DNA from: Octopus vulgaris
Taxonomy: Eukaryota
Length of the DNA stretch: 64,000 nt
Direction: 5' to 3'
Assembly: GCA_951406725.2 (NCBI GenBank)
Contig: OX597832.1
Span: 6,634,001 to 6,698,000 of the forward strand
Below are positions 13,321-25,200 of this stretch, one piece after another. Each line of letters begins with the position of its first letter. Position 1 is the stretch's first letter. Position numbers and translations under genes: made by a program. The notes beneath the pieces are model-generated. The model saw only the letters and a list, made by a program, of their open reading frames with translations, did no database searches and was not told the DNA's origin.

Positions 13321-16300
13321 GAATACAATCATTCTTCAAAACTTATTTAACTTTTTAATATTCATTTGTCTTCTCAAAAGAAATCTTCTTTGTGACCTCT
13401 GAATGTTAGTGAAACATCCCTAAGACAAGTGGAGAAATTTTATCTCAGAGCTTTGTTCACAAATGATTGAAAGCAGGAGACTGAAGAGGACACTAGAATT
13501 GCAGGTGCTGGCACAGTAATGGGCCAGCTCTTGCATTCAGTCCTTAGAACAGCAGAGGTTGAAAAAAAATGCCAGACTTGCTATTTTCAGTGCAGTTTAG
13601 TTTCATCTCTATCCTTACCTATGGTCATAAATGACTGAAATAATACAATCATGATCACAAGTAGCTGAGGTTCCTCCAAAAGATCTCTGGAGTAATGTTA
13701 CTTGACAGGGTGTGAAGCTCAGAGATCAGGGAGTCTCTTGAGGTCAGGCTGCTACCTTTCTGCTTTGAGAGGTTACAGCTCCAGTACTAGAGTCATGTGA
13801 TAAGAATATTGCAGGGAAGAATTACAAAATAGATTCTTCAAGCTGTGCCAACCAGCTGGAGACTTAGGGTATGCCAAGAGTGAGACAGATAATATCCATG
13901 GTTTCAGAAAGTGTAATGACAGTTACATCTGATAGGATCCTATGGAAGAGATACCTAAGGACTCAAATCCCTCTCAAAAATAGTGGTGGAGATGATGGCT
14001 GGATAGATAAATGGAATATTCATTGTGACAATTTTTACATCAACTTTCCATACTGGCACGGATGTGATGGGTTCTTAGCTGATTAAGTTCTTATTGTGAG
14101 CTGCTTATGTGTCATTTGTTTTGGTTTCTATGGTGGGCTGCTTTTCCTGTCACCAATCACTTTAGTGTGTTCCAGGTACCTTTTTCATGGCACCAACACC
14201 AGAGCGGTTTCATAAAGGGACTGTAGAATCCTACACACTTTCTATTCATTAACCAACCACTTTACAATGTGAACTGGATTCATTTTATGATATCCACACT
14301 AGAGGGAGATTGTCCTGCTCACCAGTCAGTTGTGGTCAAGGGATAAGATAAAGAGTGAGTGATAAGTGGAAATAGAAATGGTTCTGAGGGCAAGCGTGTG
14401 AGGGCTGGTAGTAGATAAAGGTAAAACTAGTAAAGAAGACAACTAAAGAGAAGGAATTGTTGAGGCATGAGGATGATCCAGTACAGTCTCTTATACATAA
14501 GCAGAGTGAAAGGGTAAGGGTGGACCAGTGCAGCTTTCTGGTACATAGTCCTGGGGAATTGGGGTAGAGATGAATTGAGAGTGGCTGACAACAACACAAG
14601 TGGAAAAAGATAAAGGAGGGTGATGGGATAAGTTAAAGAGTAAATGACAAGTGGCAACAGAAGTATCCATGAAGTGAGGAGAAAGTAAAATCCTGGTTAC
14701 TCTCTTTAACCTCTGTATGTTGTATGCATTTATTTCCATTACATCTTAGTTATAATTTAAAGCAAATATCACTGAAATGCTTCACTGACACTATACCTCA
14801 GTTGACACTATTGATTGGTGTATTAGTTTTCTTGACAGTCTCACTAGAACTTTGTCATATGCTGACTCAGACATATGATAATGACTAACACAGATAAGTT
14901 AGTGGAATATTTAGTACAAATCATTCCATTATGATTTTTAATTCTTCTTTTTTTTTTCTTCTTTTCCTTACATCTCATCATTTTCTTTATTTCACAACAT
15001 ATTTCTACTTCTTATTTCTCACATGTAATAATTAAAACTATCATTAAAAGAAACAGAATAAGCAAAAAATCAACATCTTGCATTCATTGGAGTAAGAGAA
15101 AAGGGTGTTGTCATAAATAAATAAAGTGGAAGAGAAATTACTGAGCTCACTAAATTTCTCCTCACTTATGCTCACCATCTGCCTCCAATTCTGTCTCTTT
15201 TCTCTTTTATATGTTTTCATGGATTAGACATGTCTATTTTCTTGGAGTAGATATTTTTGCAGCTGCAAATTTATCATAAGAATATTTTCTCCAATGTACT
15301 TATTTTCTATGTGGGCTAACCTAGGAGAGCCAAAAGATCTTGTCAAAGAACTTTTTTATGGCTTTGTCAGAAGAGAAAGAGCACTGCTTATGACCCTTGC
15401 AGGGTCTGCAAAACTAATGGAAGGAGAGTGGAAGAAATCAAAACTTATGGATTGTTGTAGTAGGAAGCAGCACATCAGGATATCAAATTATCCTCAGACC
15501 AGAGACCCTATATGAATGCTTACTACAGGATGAACACTACTAAAGGCAACCAAAAGCCAGGTTGTGAGATTAAACCAGATAACAGACTACATCTCTCACT
15601 TAGGAAAAGATACAACTAATCAAGAGGTTTTGATATAGTTTCTACTTCACTCCTAAAGGTTAACCTAAGCACTTATTCAAGATTCCATACAAATGAGACA
15701 GGACCATATGATTGTGAAACGAACATCTTGGACACAGAGCAATGCTTGTGTCCATAGTAAAGTGTCCCATTACTGTTAGGTTTGAGTTTCAACTTCCGGT
15801 GTGACTTACTGTCTGAAAATAAAAATGTACTGGTCAATATCTAATACAAAGGAATTATTAATTACACACAATTTATTTTCCTCTGTAGATTTTTTTCTGT
15901 AACTTACATTTTATTCAAACACAATAGCTATTATGTCACCTCAATTTTTATTGTTGATATCTGTAATGCTAGTATAAATATCTTTTAAAACATTTGATGG
16001 ATTTTAGGGTAAAGAGTGTGTCTTTGTGTAAATGACATGTTTGTGGGACATAATATTTCATTGAATTTCTGTTGTTTTTTGATTAATTTATGTCCTAAGC
16101 ATAATTTTGCCAGCTCTAATAGGTTGGACAGATATAGACAACTAGTTGAAAACTATCCTTGAAACCTGACAGCTGTTTATTTGTCTTATGTTGTCCCATA
16201 TCCTTCCTATCTTTCTTTCCTTTGGTAGCTAATATAATATTGTTATTGTCTTCCGGGTTTTTACTGTAGGATTTTTGTGTGATATTACTTTATCATAATA

Positions 16301-17706
16301 AAGAAAATACCATGGATCTAACTCATCATCACCTGGTCATTGGGTACCGTGAGAACACACTCCTGCTAACATTTAAATCAATTTCCTTTCTTTCCAGTCC
16401 CCTCCTTGTTTGTTATTCTCTCTTTGTAGATATTCAGGTTGGTCTCACCTGCATCAGTATCTGTTACTAGGTTATTAATCGCCAAATAAAGTGATTAAAT
16501 ATTTCTACACCTATTTTCAAATAAATATATAACTGAGAATTTGAATTGTTTTTAAACTACCAGCTGCTTTAAATATATGCATGTGCCGGAATGTATCATG
16601 AGGATTTATTTTTAAAATAGACTGTATGCTAATTACTTAACATGTTTAAGTAGTTTTTGTGTTCTTCATATGTTATTTGAATAATATTAAGACTTATTTC
16701 AATGTGTAAATAATAAACCAAACATACTAGTAACTTGTAAATACTCTCACTTTAAAGCTTCATTACTAATGTTGTGTGATTAAAATCTTGATAATCTATT
16801 CATTTTCTCTACTCTAATTGACACACCTGCATGTAAGGTTATCTGACATAACAGTACCTTGCACAGCTTGTTTTAGTAGTAGCAAATATTGTTCAACTGA
16901 TCAATTGTTGATTGGTAAATTCCACACGCACAATCCTGCTATGACATTAGCACTGAAGATTTTGTTTTGTTGCTCCTTGTTTTTTGTTTTTGTTTTTGTT
17001 TTTGTTTTTTTTTATTATTTCTAGTTAAAAAATACATTGAATGGTTATTTATGTTATTGCTGCTGCTGCTGCTGCTATGCATTCATATCAGGTTGAAAAT
17101 GTAGCAGTAGCAACAGCAGAAGCAGAAGGAACTAGGCAGCTTAGTTACTTCAAATTACTCAGTGTAGGTAGAAATCAGAAAATCAATAGATTGTTGTTTT
17201 CACCATTCAAGACTGGCCGCCAAATCTGTGTGTATTTGTAACTGTTTGACTGTCTGTCTGTGCATGTATGCAAAGTGTGCATATGGAAGAAAAATAGAGG
17301 AAAGAGTAATAAGAAAAAGATTTTAGTACTGTTCATGCACACTTGTACCCACACCCACGCACATACATGCAAGACACACATGTTCCTTCAAACACAAATG
17401 TAAAAGAAATATCTAACTTGAGAAGAAAATCAACAAGTGTAAACAAGGAAGCACAGAGTAATAAATATTGTGTTAAGAATAATTTTCATCCTGATGTTTA
17501 AATACTCTTAATCCATTCACTGAGCTAAATAGTAAACATAAAGCTACAAGCACAGAGTGCAGGGTCAGTTTGACTTGTTAGTACTGACCACTGCAAATAC
17601 CAAGATAGCATCCAATGTTTTTTCCTTTTTTTTATCTATTTTGTTGGTCTCATATAAAAATTTCAAGTTGTTGCAGCATGTAAAAATATTAAAATAATAT
17701 AAAAAA

Positions 17707-18218
17707 CTAGCAGTATCGCCCGGCGTTGCTCGGGTTTGTAAGGGAAATAACTATATAAGCATTTTTAGAGAGTTACTTCCCTTATAGATGCCAATTCGGG
17801 CTTTCTTAGCCATTTCTGTTTTGGTGTCTTCAAGCCATGAAGTCGTTGTTCTAAAAGAACACTAGTCTCCTTGACAACGCTTTACGACGTTGATTTCCTT
17901 ACACTCCCTTCCCACAGCTTCACGAGGGAGGGAAGAAGGGGGAGAAGCAAACAGGTGCAGGTGTGACCATGGACGCCAACTCTGCCGCCATCGACACACG
18001 AAAAATTATGCATTAAAATGGAATAAAAAATTATGTTAAATTATTTTTAAAATCGTAGACTCATCGTAGACGCGCGCTAATACTCAGACGGGCTCGATAT
18101 GAATCACGACTATAAGATACCCGAATTTGGTTAAACTGCACCGCAAAATGTGGGAGTAGTTAGGAATCTAAATCGAAGGGGACAGACACTCACACAACTA
18201 CAGTTTTATATATATAGA
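17707..18218 (-). mobile_element. Non-autonomous Helitron (512 bp)
   Basis: The minus strand starts A|TCtatatatataaaac and ends cccgagcaacgccggg(hairpin)cgatactgCTAG|T. It is inserted between A and T, has no TSD and is CpG-rich. Confidence 0.9.
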
Positions 18219-18608
18219 TTACATTTTTTTACTTTTGTATCCAAAACTACACTGTTTCTAGCTACACAACCAAAGGTAACTGTTAAATAGGCAAATTTAT
18301 TTTTTATGGAATTTTTCGTACTTTTTGCAGCTTGGGACGAAGGTTTAGATAGTTATGGTTTATATTCAGTTTGAATAGATGTTAACATGAATACAATATA
18401 ATGAAGATAATATTCCTTCCTATTGTAAAGAATCTACTGCTTATATTTAGTCCATAATTTTGGATTAGTAAAATAGGGGTTTTGACTCAGAAAATATGTA
18501 ACTACCACTAGTTAGATTCAGTAGCAATTGAAACCTATTCTGAACACATAATCAGGGTTAATATTTGTGCCTCTCATAAAATACTGAAGGTTTATATTTA
18601 TATATATA

Positions 18609-18958
18609 TTGAAGATTGTGGTTGGGTAAGGCCGGAACAATGCAAGAAGGTACAAAGTAAACTACAAAAAGAAAAGGAAACAGAACAAAGTTGCAGGTTT
18701 ACCTTGTATTTCTATATTTCAGGGTGAAGAGCCCTTCTTCAGGACATTTGGAAGAGTGGCTGTTGGAAAAGATTGTTATTCTGATGTAAGTGCAATAACC
18801 TTTTCCAACTACCACTTTTCCTAATATCCCAAAGAAGGGGTCTTCACCTCAAAATATAGAGATACAAGGTAAAACTACAACTTTGTTTTCTTTTCCTTTT
18901 GTACTTTACTTTGTACCTTCTCACATTGTTCCGGCCTTACACAACCATATTCTTTCAA
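18609..18958. mobile_element. Fold-back element family B with hammerhead-like motifs in both arms
   Basis: 18609-18780 is the near reverse complement of 18794-18958. Its sequence is unrelated to family A except for the hammerhead core. Confidence 0.7.
18706..18748 (-). ncRNA. Minimal hammerhead motif (family B)
   Basis: Minus strand reads aatgtc-CTGAAGA-aggg[ctcttca]ccct-GAAA-tata-gaaat. Helix I is weak. The mirror copy at 18823-18865 is core-mutated. Confidence 0.55.
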
Positions 18959-18992
18959 GTTATACTTCACAATGCTTCACCAAAACTTCCTC

Positions 18993-19028
<36 letters not shown>

Positions 19029-19037
19029 TGAGGGCTG

Positions 19038-20177
19038 GTGAGGGCTGTGCAAGCCATGTACAGAGATGCCGTAAGCAAGGTTAGGGTTGGCAACATGTAC
19101 ACAGAAGAATTCAAAGTAGAGGTTGGGGTCCACCAGGGTTCAGTACTCAGCCCCCTCCTATTTATCATAGTCCTCCAGGCAATAACAGAGGAATTCAAGA
19201 CAGGTTGCCCCTGGGAGCTCCTCTATGCTGACGACCTCGCTCTAATTGCTGAGTCACTATCAGAACTGGAGGAGAAGTTCCAGGTGTGGAAGGAGGGTTT
19301 AGAATCGAGGGGCCTTAGAGTCAACCTAGCTAAAACCAAAGTACTAATAAGTAGAAAGGTAGGCAATCCACAAATGTCCTCAGGAAGATGGCCCTGCTCG
19401 ATCTGTAGAAAAGGTGTAGGTAGAAACTCTATAAGATGTACCCAGTGTAAGCTATGGACACATAAGAGGTGCAGCAATGTCAAAGGTAGGCTAACTGGGA
19501 AGATAGTCTTTATATGTGGCAGATGCTCGGGAGCATTGACCTCCGAAAATCTGCAGAAAACAACTTCCGTCACTTTCCAGGGGGAAAAATTAGAAGTAGT
19601 TGATAGCTTCCGTTATCTAGGTGACCAAGTCAGTAGTGGGGGTGGGTGCGCTGAGAGTGTAACTGCTAGAATAAGAATAGCCTGGGCAAAGTTTAGGGAG
19701 CTCTTACCTCTGCTGGTGACTAAAGGCCTCTCGCTCAGAGTAAAGGGCAGACTGTATGATGCATGTGTTCGAACTGCCATGCTACATGGCAGTGAAACAT
19801 GGGCCGTGACTGCTGAGGACATGCGTAAGCTCATGAGGAATGAAGCCAGTATGCTCCGATGGATGTGTAATGTCAGTGTACTTACTCGACAGAGTGTTAG
19901 TTCCCTAAGAGAAATGTTGTACCTAAGAAGCATCAGTTGTTGCGTGCAAGAGAGACGATTGCGATGGTATGGTCATGTGGCGAGAATGGATGAAGATAGG
20001 TGTGTGAGAAAGTGCCAATCCCTAGCAGTTGAGGGAACCCGTGGAAGAGGTAGACCCAGGAAAACCTGGGACGAGGTGGTGAAGCACGACCTTCGAACAT
20101 TAGGTCTCACCATGGAAATGACCAGAGACCGAGACCTATGGAAGTATGCTGTGCGTGAGAAGACCCGGCAAGACTAG
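19038..20177 (+). CDS. RTE reverse transcriptase, C-terminal 379 aa (5'-truncated), with an internal PHD-type finger
   Basis: QGSVLSPLLF, LYADD, GLRVNLAKTK, FRYLG, HGSETW, RRLRWYGHV and RGRGRPRKTW motifs; no internal stops. Confidence 0.93.
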   Translation: MRAVQAMYRDAVSKVRVGNMYTEEFKVEVGVHQGSVLSPLLFIIVLQAITEEFKTGCPWELLYADDLALIAESLSELEEKFQVWKEGLESRGLRVNLAKTKVLISRKVGNPQMSSGRWPCSICRKGVGRNSIRCTQCKLWTHKRCSNVKGRLTGKIVFICGRCSGALTSENLQKTTSVTFQGEKLEVVDSFRYLGDQVSSGGGCAESVTARIRIAWAKFRELLPLLVTKGLSLRVKGRLYDACVRTAMLHGSETWAVTAEDMRKLMRNEASMLRWMCNVSVLTRQSVSSLREMLYLRSISCCVQERRLRWYGHVARMDEDRCVRKCQSLAVEGTRGRGRPRKTWDEVVKHDLRTLGLTMEMTRDRDLWKYAVREKTRQD

Positions 20178-20440
20178 TGAAGCCATAACCCGTGGCCCCT
20201 ACCTGGGACGTAGTCAGTCCGCCTGTGCATACCTTCCTGCTTGTGACACTTGAGAAGACCTGTTGAGGCAAATCAAATCAAAGTCAAATCGAATCAAGTC
20301 AAACCAAATCAAAATAGATGAACATCAATGGAATTTGTATCCTTGTGGTACCAGTGCCGGTGGCACATAAGAAAACCATCCGAACGGGACCGTAGCCAGT
20401 ACCGCATCGACTGGCCTCCGTGCTGTGGGCACGTAACAAA

Positions 20441-20750
20441 CACCGTCCGAGCGTGGCCGTCTGCCAGCCTCGTCTGGCACCTGTGTCGGTGGCACATAAA
20501 AACACCATCCGAGCGTGGCCGTCTGCCAGCCTCGTCTGGCACCTGTGTCGGTGGCACATAAAAACACCATTCGAGTGTGGCCGTCTGCCAGCCTCGTCTG
20601 GCACCTGTGTCGGTGGCACATAAAAACACCATCCGAGCGTGGCCGTCTGCCAGCCTCGTCTGGCACCTGTGTCGGTGGCACATAAAAACACCATCCGAGC
20701 GTGGCCGTTCGCCAGCCTTGTCTGGCACCTGTGTCGGTGGCACATAAAAT
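20441..20750 (+). repeat. About 5 near-identical 62-bp tandem units in the RTE 3' UTR
   Basis: ctgccagcctcgtctggcacctgtgtcggtggcacataaaaacaccatccgagcgtggccgt recurs at 20461, 20523, 20585, 20647 and 20709. Confidence 0.95.
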
Positions 20751-22049
20751 CACCCACTACACTCTCGGAGTGGTTGGCGTTAGGAAGGGCATCCAGCTGT
20801 AGAAACACTGCCAGATCTGACTGGCCTGGTGCAGCCTTCGGGCTCCCCAGACCCCAGTTGAACCGTCCAACCCATGCTAGCATGGAAAGCGGACGTTAAA
20901 CGATGATGATGATATATATATATACACACACACACATACACAAGTTTCATTTTAATCTTTTCTGATTTATGACACTGCATTCAGTGCTACATAAGCATTT
21001 TAGTAACATTTTTATGTGAATTTTCTATGCTACAATGAATAGTACTTATTATATACACAACAAATTTTAATTTTGCATAAATTACTGGAGCATATATTTT
21101 AAGGTGAAATGTTCTACCACACTCCACCCATTGAACCATAAAATAATTGTTATGCCTACTTTCTGCTAGACTGACAGTAACTTGTGACAATGTGACCTGA
21201 GAACTAGTTATGTATGTTTTAAACTATTTATTGCATCCCTAGAAATATTAGTAGAGATTGTTAACTTTGTTCAGTGAAGAATAGTTTAGAGTATTTTTAC
21301 TGGCTTACAGTGCACAGGGTTGTGATAGTTGCTATTGTAGCTGATATTTCTATTAAATAAGAGAAGCACATTAGTAGAAGACATATAGAAATTCAGTTGT
21401 TCAGGGAAAAGATTAATCTTACAATACAGAATAGGATATTTCACAATCATATTTAGAGGTCTAGATTTTAATAAATTGTGCAGTAATATATAGTTGGAGC
21501 AGTCATGGAGTAGGTTGAATATTTGGTAAAACAAAAATCTTTGCATGATTAGATTCAGGTAAAACAATAACCAATGTGTTATTGGGGGGGGGAAAAAATC
21601 ATTTTTGCATAATTTATCACAGTTCAGTCTTGCCAAATCTCATAGTCTTGAACTTTTTTTTCTTTTTTGTATAATTTGTTACTTAATACTGAACTGCTGT
21701 TCAACTTCCCTCTCCCCACTTCCCAAAATCAACTATTTCTTTGGTAATGACTCTCTCTCTCTCTCTCAATTTTAAAGCAAATTGACTGTTAAAAAATTTA
21801 TATCAGTTGGAAGTAGCTCTAATATTAAAATCAAAGAACAAGATGTATAAAAGTAAAATCTTCAAGTAGGTAACTCCAGTCTGTAAGCTATTTAAACATA
21901 TATAATTTGTTGAGATATTTTGAAATGATAACAAGTCTTAATATAGGTGAATCTCATCATAAAATAAATGTATCTATAGCACTTGGTGTAAATTTAGCTT
22001 ATGAGAGTACGTCAGTTCATCATACTTTGATTTTTAAAAAATATCTATA

Positions 22050-22400
22050 TCATATCCACCATCTTTTCTCCCTTTCCTGATAGAGTAACCTTGTATCTCT
22101 TCTACAGCAAAACACCTCTTCTATCATACTTCAGCCTCTCAATTTGCACAGAACCACCTCCTTCAATATTGCACTCTTACTCTATCAAGAGGTCTTTACT
22201 TGGCAACCTCACTAGTGCTGGTGTCATGAAGCACTCAGTTCACTCTGTAATATGGTTGATGTTATGAGGGGCATCCAACTGTAAAGACCATGCCAAAGCA
22301 GACATTGGAGTCCAGTGCAATCCTCTGGCTCATCAGATTGTGTCAAACAAGCCAACTCATGCCAGCATGGAATATGGATGTTAAATGGTGATGATGAAGA
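22050..22400 (+). mobile_element. RTE 3' UTR/tail fragment
   Basis: gggcatccaactgtaaagaccatgcc...aactcatgccagcatggaatatggatgttaaatggtgatgatga matches the tail at 20786-20910. Confidence 0.75.
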
Positions 22401-22460
22401 AGAGGCCTTGTCCCAAAATTTGAAACCATTATCGTCACCATTATCATCATCATCATTATT

Positions 22461-22704
22461 AAGGTAGCAAGCTGGCAGAATCATTAGCATGCCAGGCAAA
22501 ATGCTAAGCAGTATTTGATCCATCTTTACATTCTGAGTTCAAATTCTGCTGAGGTCAACTTTGCCTTTCATCCTTTTGGGATTGATAAATTAAGTACCAG
22601 TGAAACACTGGAGTCAATGTAATTGACTAGTTCCCTCCCCACAAATTTCAGGCCTTGTGCCTATAGTGCAAAGGATTATTATTATTATTATTATTATTAT
22701 TATT
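22461..22704 (+). mobile_element. SINE family N, near full length, with a Nin/Deu-like core and (ATT)n tail
   Basis: Head aaggtagcaagctggcagaatc..., B-box-like gagttcaaattc, core ctttgcctttcatccttttgggattgataaattaagtaccag. The core assignment is from recalled consensus. Confidence 0.8.
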
Positions 22705-23750
22705 TTGATTCTCAAGGGAGGAACAGGACTAAGAAACATTTGAAATATATTTGTTTGGGTCTTTGAACTCTTTGGCATTTGATTATCCAGGTATCTGTTT
22801 GCTTTGCAAATCCACATACTTGCATGAATGTTATTGTACAGGGGGAAGACCCTGAGAATAAGGTTTTTGATACTGGCACAAAGCCATAAATTGGAATCAA
22901 CCTTCAACATATGAAGTATTTTTCTATTTCCCTCACCACTACCTCCATCCCAAATGAAAGACAAATCTATACTGGCAGGATATGGGTCTCAAAGGTACAC
23001 AGTTAAAAACTAAAGCATTTAATCTAAAATTCTGTAATATCTGACATCTTACTTCCTTTGGTTATCTTAATATTACCTACTCAAGAGCATTGGATTTAAT
23101 AGGTGGCAAAGTACAGATTTAATGCATTTTTATTTTGATATTTAATTTGTAATCTCTTATTTCCATATTCAGTCCCAAACAGGATTAATCTTATCTTACA
23201 ATCCTCTAGTGTTAATAAAAGAAATCCGAATATTATATTAGAATCAAACCACTCAATAAGATCCCTCTCTTACAGAAATTGTATGTATGCATGGTCAAAT
23301 GAAATAAATACTAACTGCTCAGCCATGAAGTTGAGTGCTAGTCGGAGAAGTGTGTAAAGAATCTCCCGCCAATGCTTTCAGCTAAGATTGAATCCATGAG
23401 AGAAAAACATGTAATGAAACGATAATGATTTCTTAGACAAGAAAATAAGTGTGTGTGATAGCCATGCCTTTCCCAGGTATATTATCCATGCAAATGAAAT
23501 AGCTTGAGTCAAAAATCGAAGCCAGATCTCTGTAAAGTTGCAGGCTCTCTCAATTCTACTTGTTTCTTCACTCCCTTCAATTAAGTTGAATATACCATTT
23601 TCAAGATATCATGTTTTTCTTTTCCAAGTCATTTCCCTCTTCTGATATGGCATTCATATATTTTTCATCCTTCTCTTTATTTGACCTGTTGTTTCATTTG
23701 CAAATTTTTGAAAATTACATTGGTTTCATCTTATAGATATATATAGTTTA

Positions 23751-23806
<56 letters not shown>

Positions 23807-23819
23807 ATGATATATATAT

Positions 23820-24000
23820 ATGGCTGTGTGGTTAGGGAGCTTGCTTCCTAGCTACATGGTTTCGGGTTCAGTCCCACTGCGTAGCACTTTGGGTAGGTGT
23901 CTTCCACTATAGCCCCGAGCCGACCGGAGCTTTGTGATTGAATTCGGTAGGTGGAAGTTACTGCCGTGTGTGTATGTGTGCGTATAGCTGCTCAGTGCCT
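23820..24000 (+). mobile_element. tRNA-derived SINE family C, 5' half
   Basis: tggctgtgtggt (A box) ... gggttcagtccc (B box); aligns with 57878-58030. Confidence 0.85.
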
Positions 24001-24041
24001 CTCCGAAAGAGAGAGAGGGATATATATATATATATATATAT

Positions 24042-24335
24042 ATAGTTTACAGCATAAGATGCATAGAAGGTGCTTGTAAAGACTTGAACATGACATACAT
24101 AGGGGAGACATCTAGTAGCATTGCAGAATGACTAAATGAACATCTGAGACAATATGATAACAAAAAACAGTCCTCCATACTCTACTAACATGCCAAAGAC
24201 CAACATGGAGGCAACCTGGATCACCTTGACATCTGCATCTTATCCAACCACCCAAAAGACCCAACACTCAGACAAATACGGGAGTACGTCCTTATAAATA
24301 AAACTTCCTCAATACTAAATAGGAAATATACATAG
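24042..24335 (+). pseudogene. GIY-YIG endonuclease relic, probably from a Penelope-like retroelement
   Basis: Manual translation: IVYSIRCIEGACKDLNMTYIGETSSSIAE*LNEHLRQYDNKKQSSILY*HAKDQHGGNLDHLDICILSNHPKDPTLRQIREYVLINKTSSILNRKYT*. Stops at 24129 and 24186. Confidence 0.85.
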
Positions 24336-24741
24336 TAGATATCATGCCCCATACCCACAGTTTACTCAGGTAGAGTAGAATAGTTAGTAGGCTGTTATGT
24401 AGATAGATGTATGTATGTGTGGGTGGGTGTATGTATGTATATATGTGTATGTGCACATGTATGTAAGCATATAGATATGAAAATATGCAGATGGATAGGT
24501 ACATAGGTTATATGAACAGACAAGCACACATACGCAAATGGAGACTGAAACACATGACCATATATACACACACACTTTACTTCACACAAGGACACATATA
24601 GAGACACACGTCCACACATATGGAGATGCACATCCATACATACAAACACGGTACATAATTGCAAAACACACACACAAACACACGTTCACTCATACATGCA
24701 CACACAAGGAGACAGAGGTACATATACAAACACATGCACAC

Positions 24742-24938
24742 ACGTGTGTCTGTGTTTGTCCCCTAACATTGCTTGACAACCGATGCTAGTGTGTTTACAT
24801 CCCCGTAACCTAGCGGTTTGGCAAAATATACTGATAGAATAAGTACTAGGCTTACAAAGAATAAGTCCTGGGGTCGATAAGTCCTAAAGGCTGTGCTCCA
24901 GCATGGCCACAGTCAAATGACTGAAACAAGTAAAAGAG
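24742..24938 (+). mobile_element. SINE family C, 3' half
   Basis: gcttgacaaccgatgct...aataagtcctggggtcgat...gtcaaatgactgaaacaagtaaaagag, nearly identical to 58110-58320. Confidence 0.9.
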
Positions 24939-25200
24939 TGGGGAGGCATGTGGCTTAGTAGTTAGGGTGTCAGCACCATGATCGTAAGATTGTTGTTTCA
25001 ATTCCTGGACTGGGCAACATGTTGTGTTCTTGAGCAAAACACTTTATTTCACGTTTGTCCAGTTCACTCAGCTGGCAAAAATGAGTAACGCTGCGATGGA
25101 CTGGCGTCCCATCCAGCTGGGGAACACATACGCCATAGAAACCAGGAAACTGGGCCCATGAGCCTGGCTAGGCTTTAAAAGGGTGCATTTATTTATTTAT
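24939..25200 (+). mobile_element. tRNA-derived SINE with a Meta/MESC-like core and (ATTT)n tail
   Basis: gtggcttagtagttagg A box, gtttcaattcc B box, ttgtgttcttgagcaaaacacttt core, tgcgatggactggcgtcccatccag. Confidence 0.75.

Larger units (their letters stand above)
19027..20912 (+). mobile_element. 5'-truncated young RTE-clade LINE inserted in a (TA)n microsatellite
   Basis: RT ORF, 3' UTR with tandem repeats, conserved tail ggcgttaggaagggcatccagctgtagaaac and a (GAT)n end; (TA)n on both sides. Confidence 0.92.

Noticed and set aside
13460-13990. GC-richer stretch including ORF 13871-14086
   Set aside because: Probably a decayed LINE, but I could not read a diagnostic motif.
20441-20750. 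CRISPR-like appearance of the 62-bp repeats
   Set aside because: Units are contiguous with no unique spacers, lie in a LINE 3' UTR in eukaryotic DNA, and no cas genes are present.
20299-20899. Overlapping 67-194 aa ORFs
   Set aside because: Artefacts of a GC-rich tandem repeat lacking stop codons.
24360-24790. His/Thr- and Val/Cys-rich ORFs (also near 28377, 53447 and 57856)
   Set aside because: Translations of (CA)/(TG)/(TA) microsatellites.
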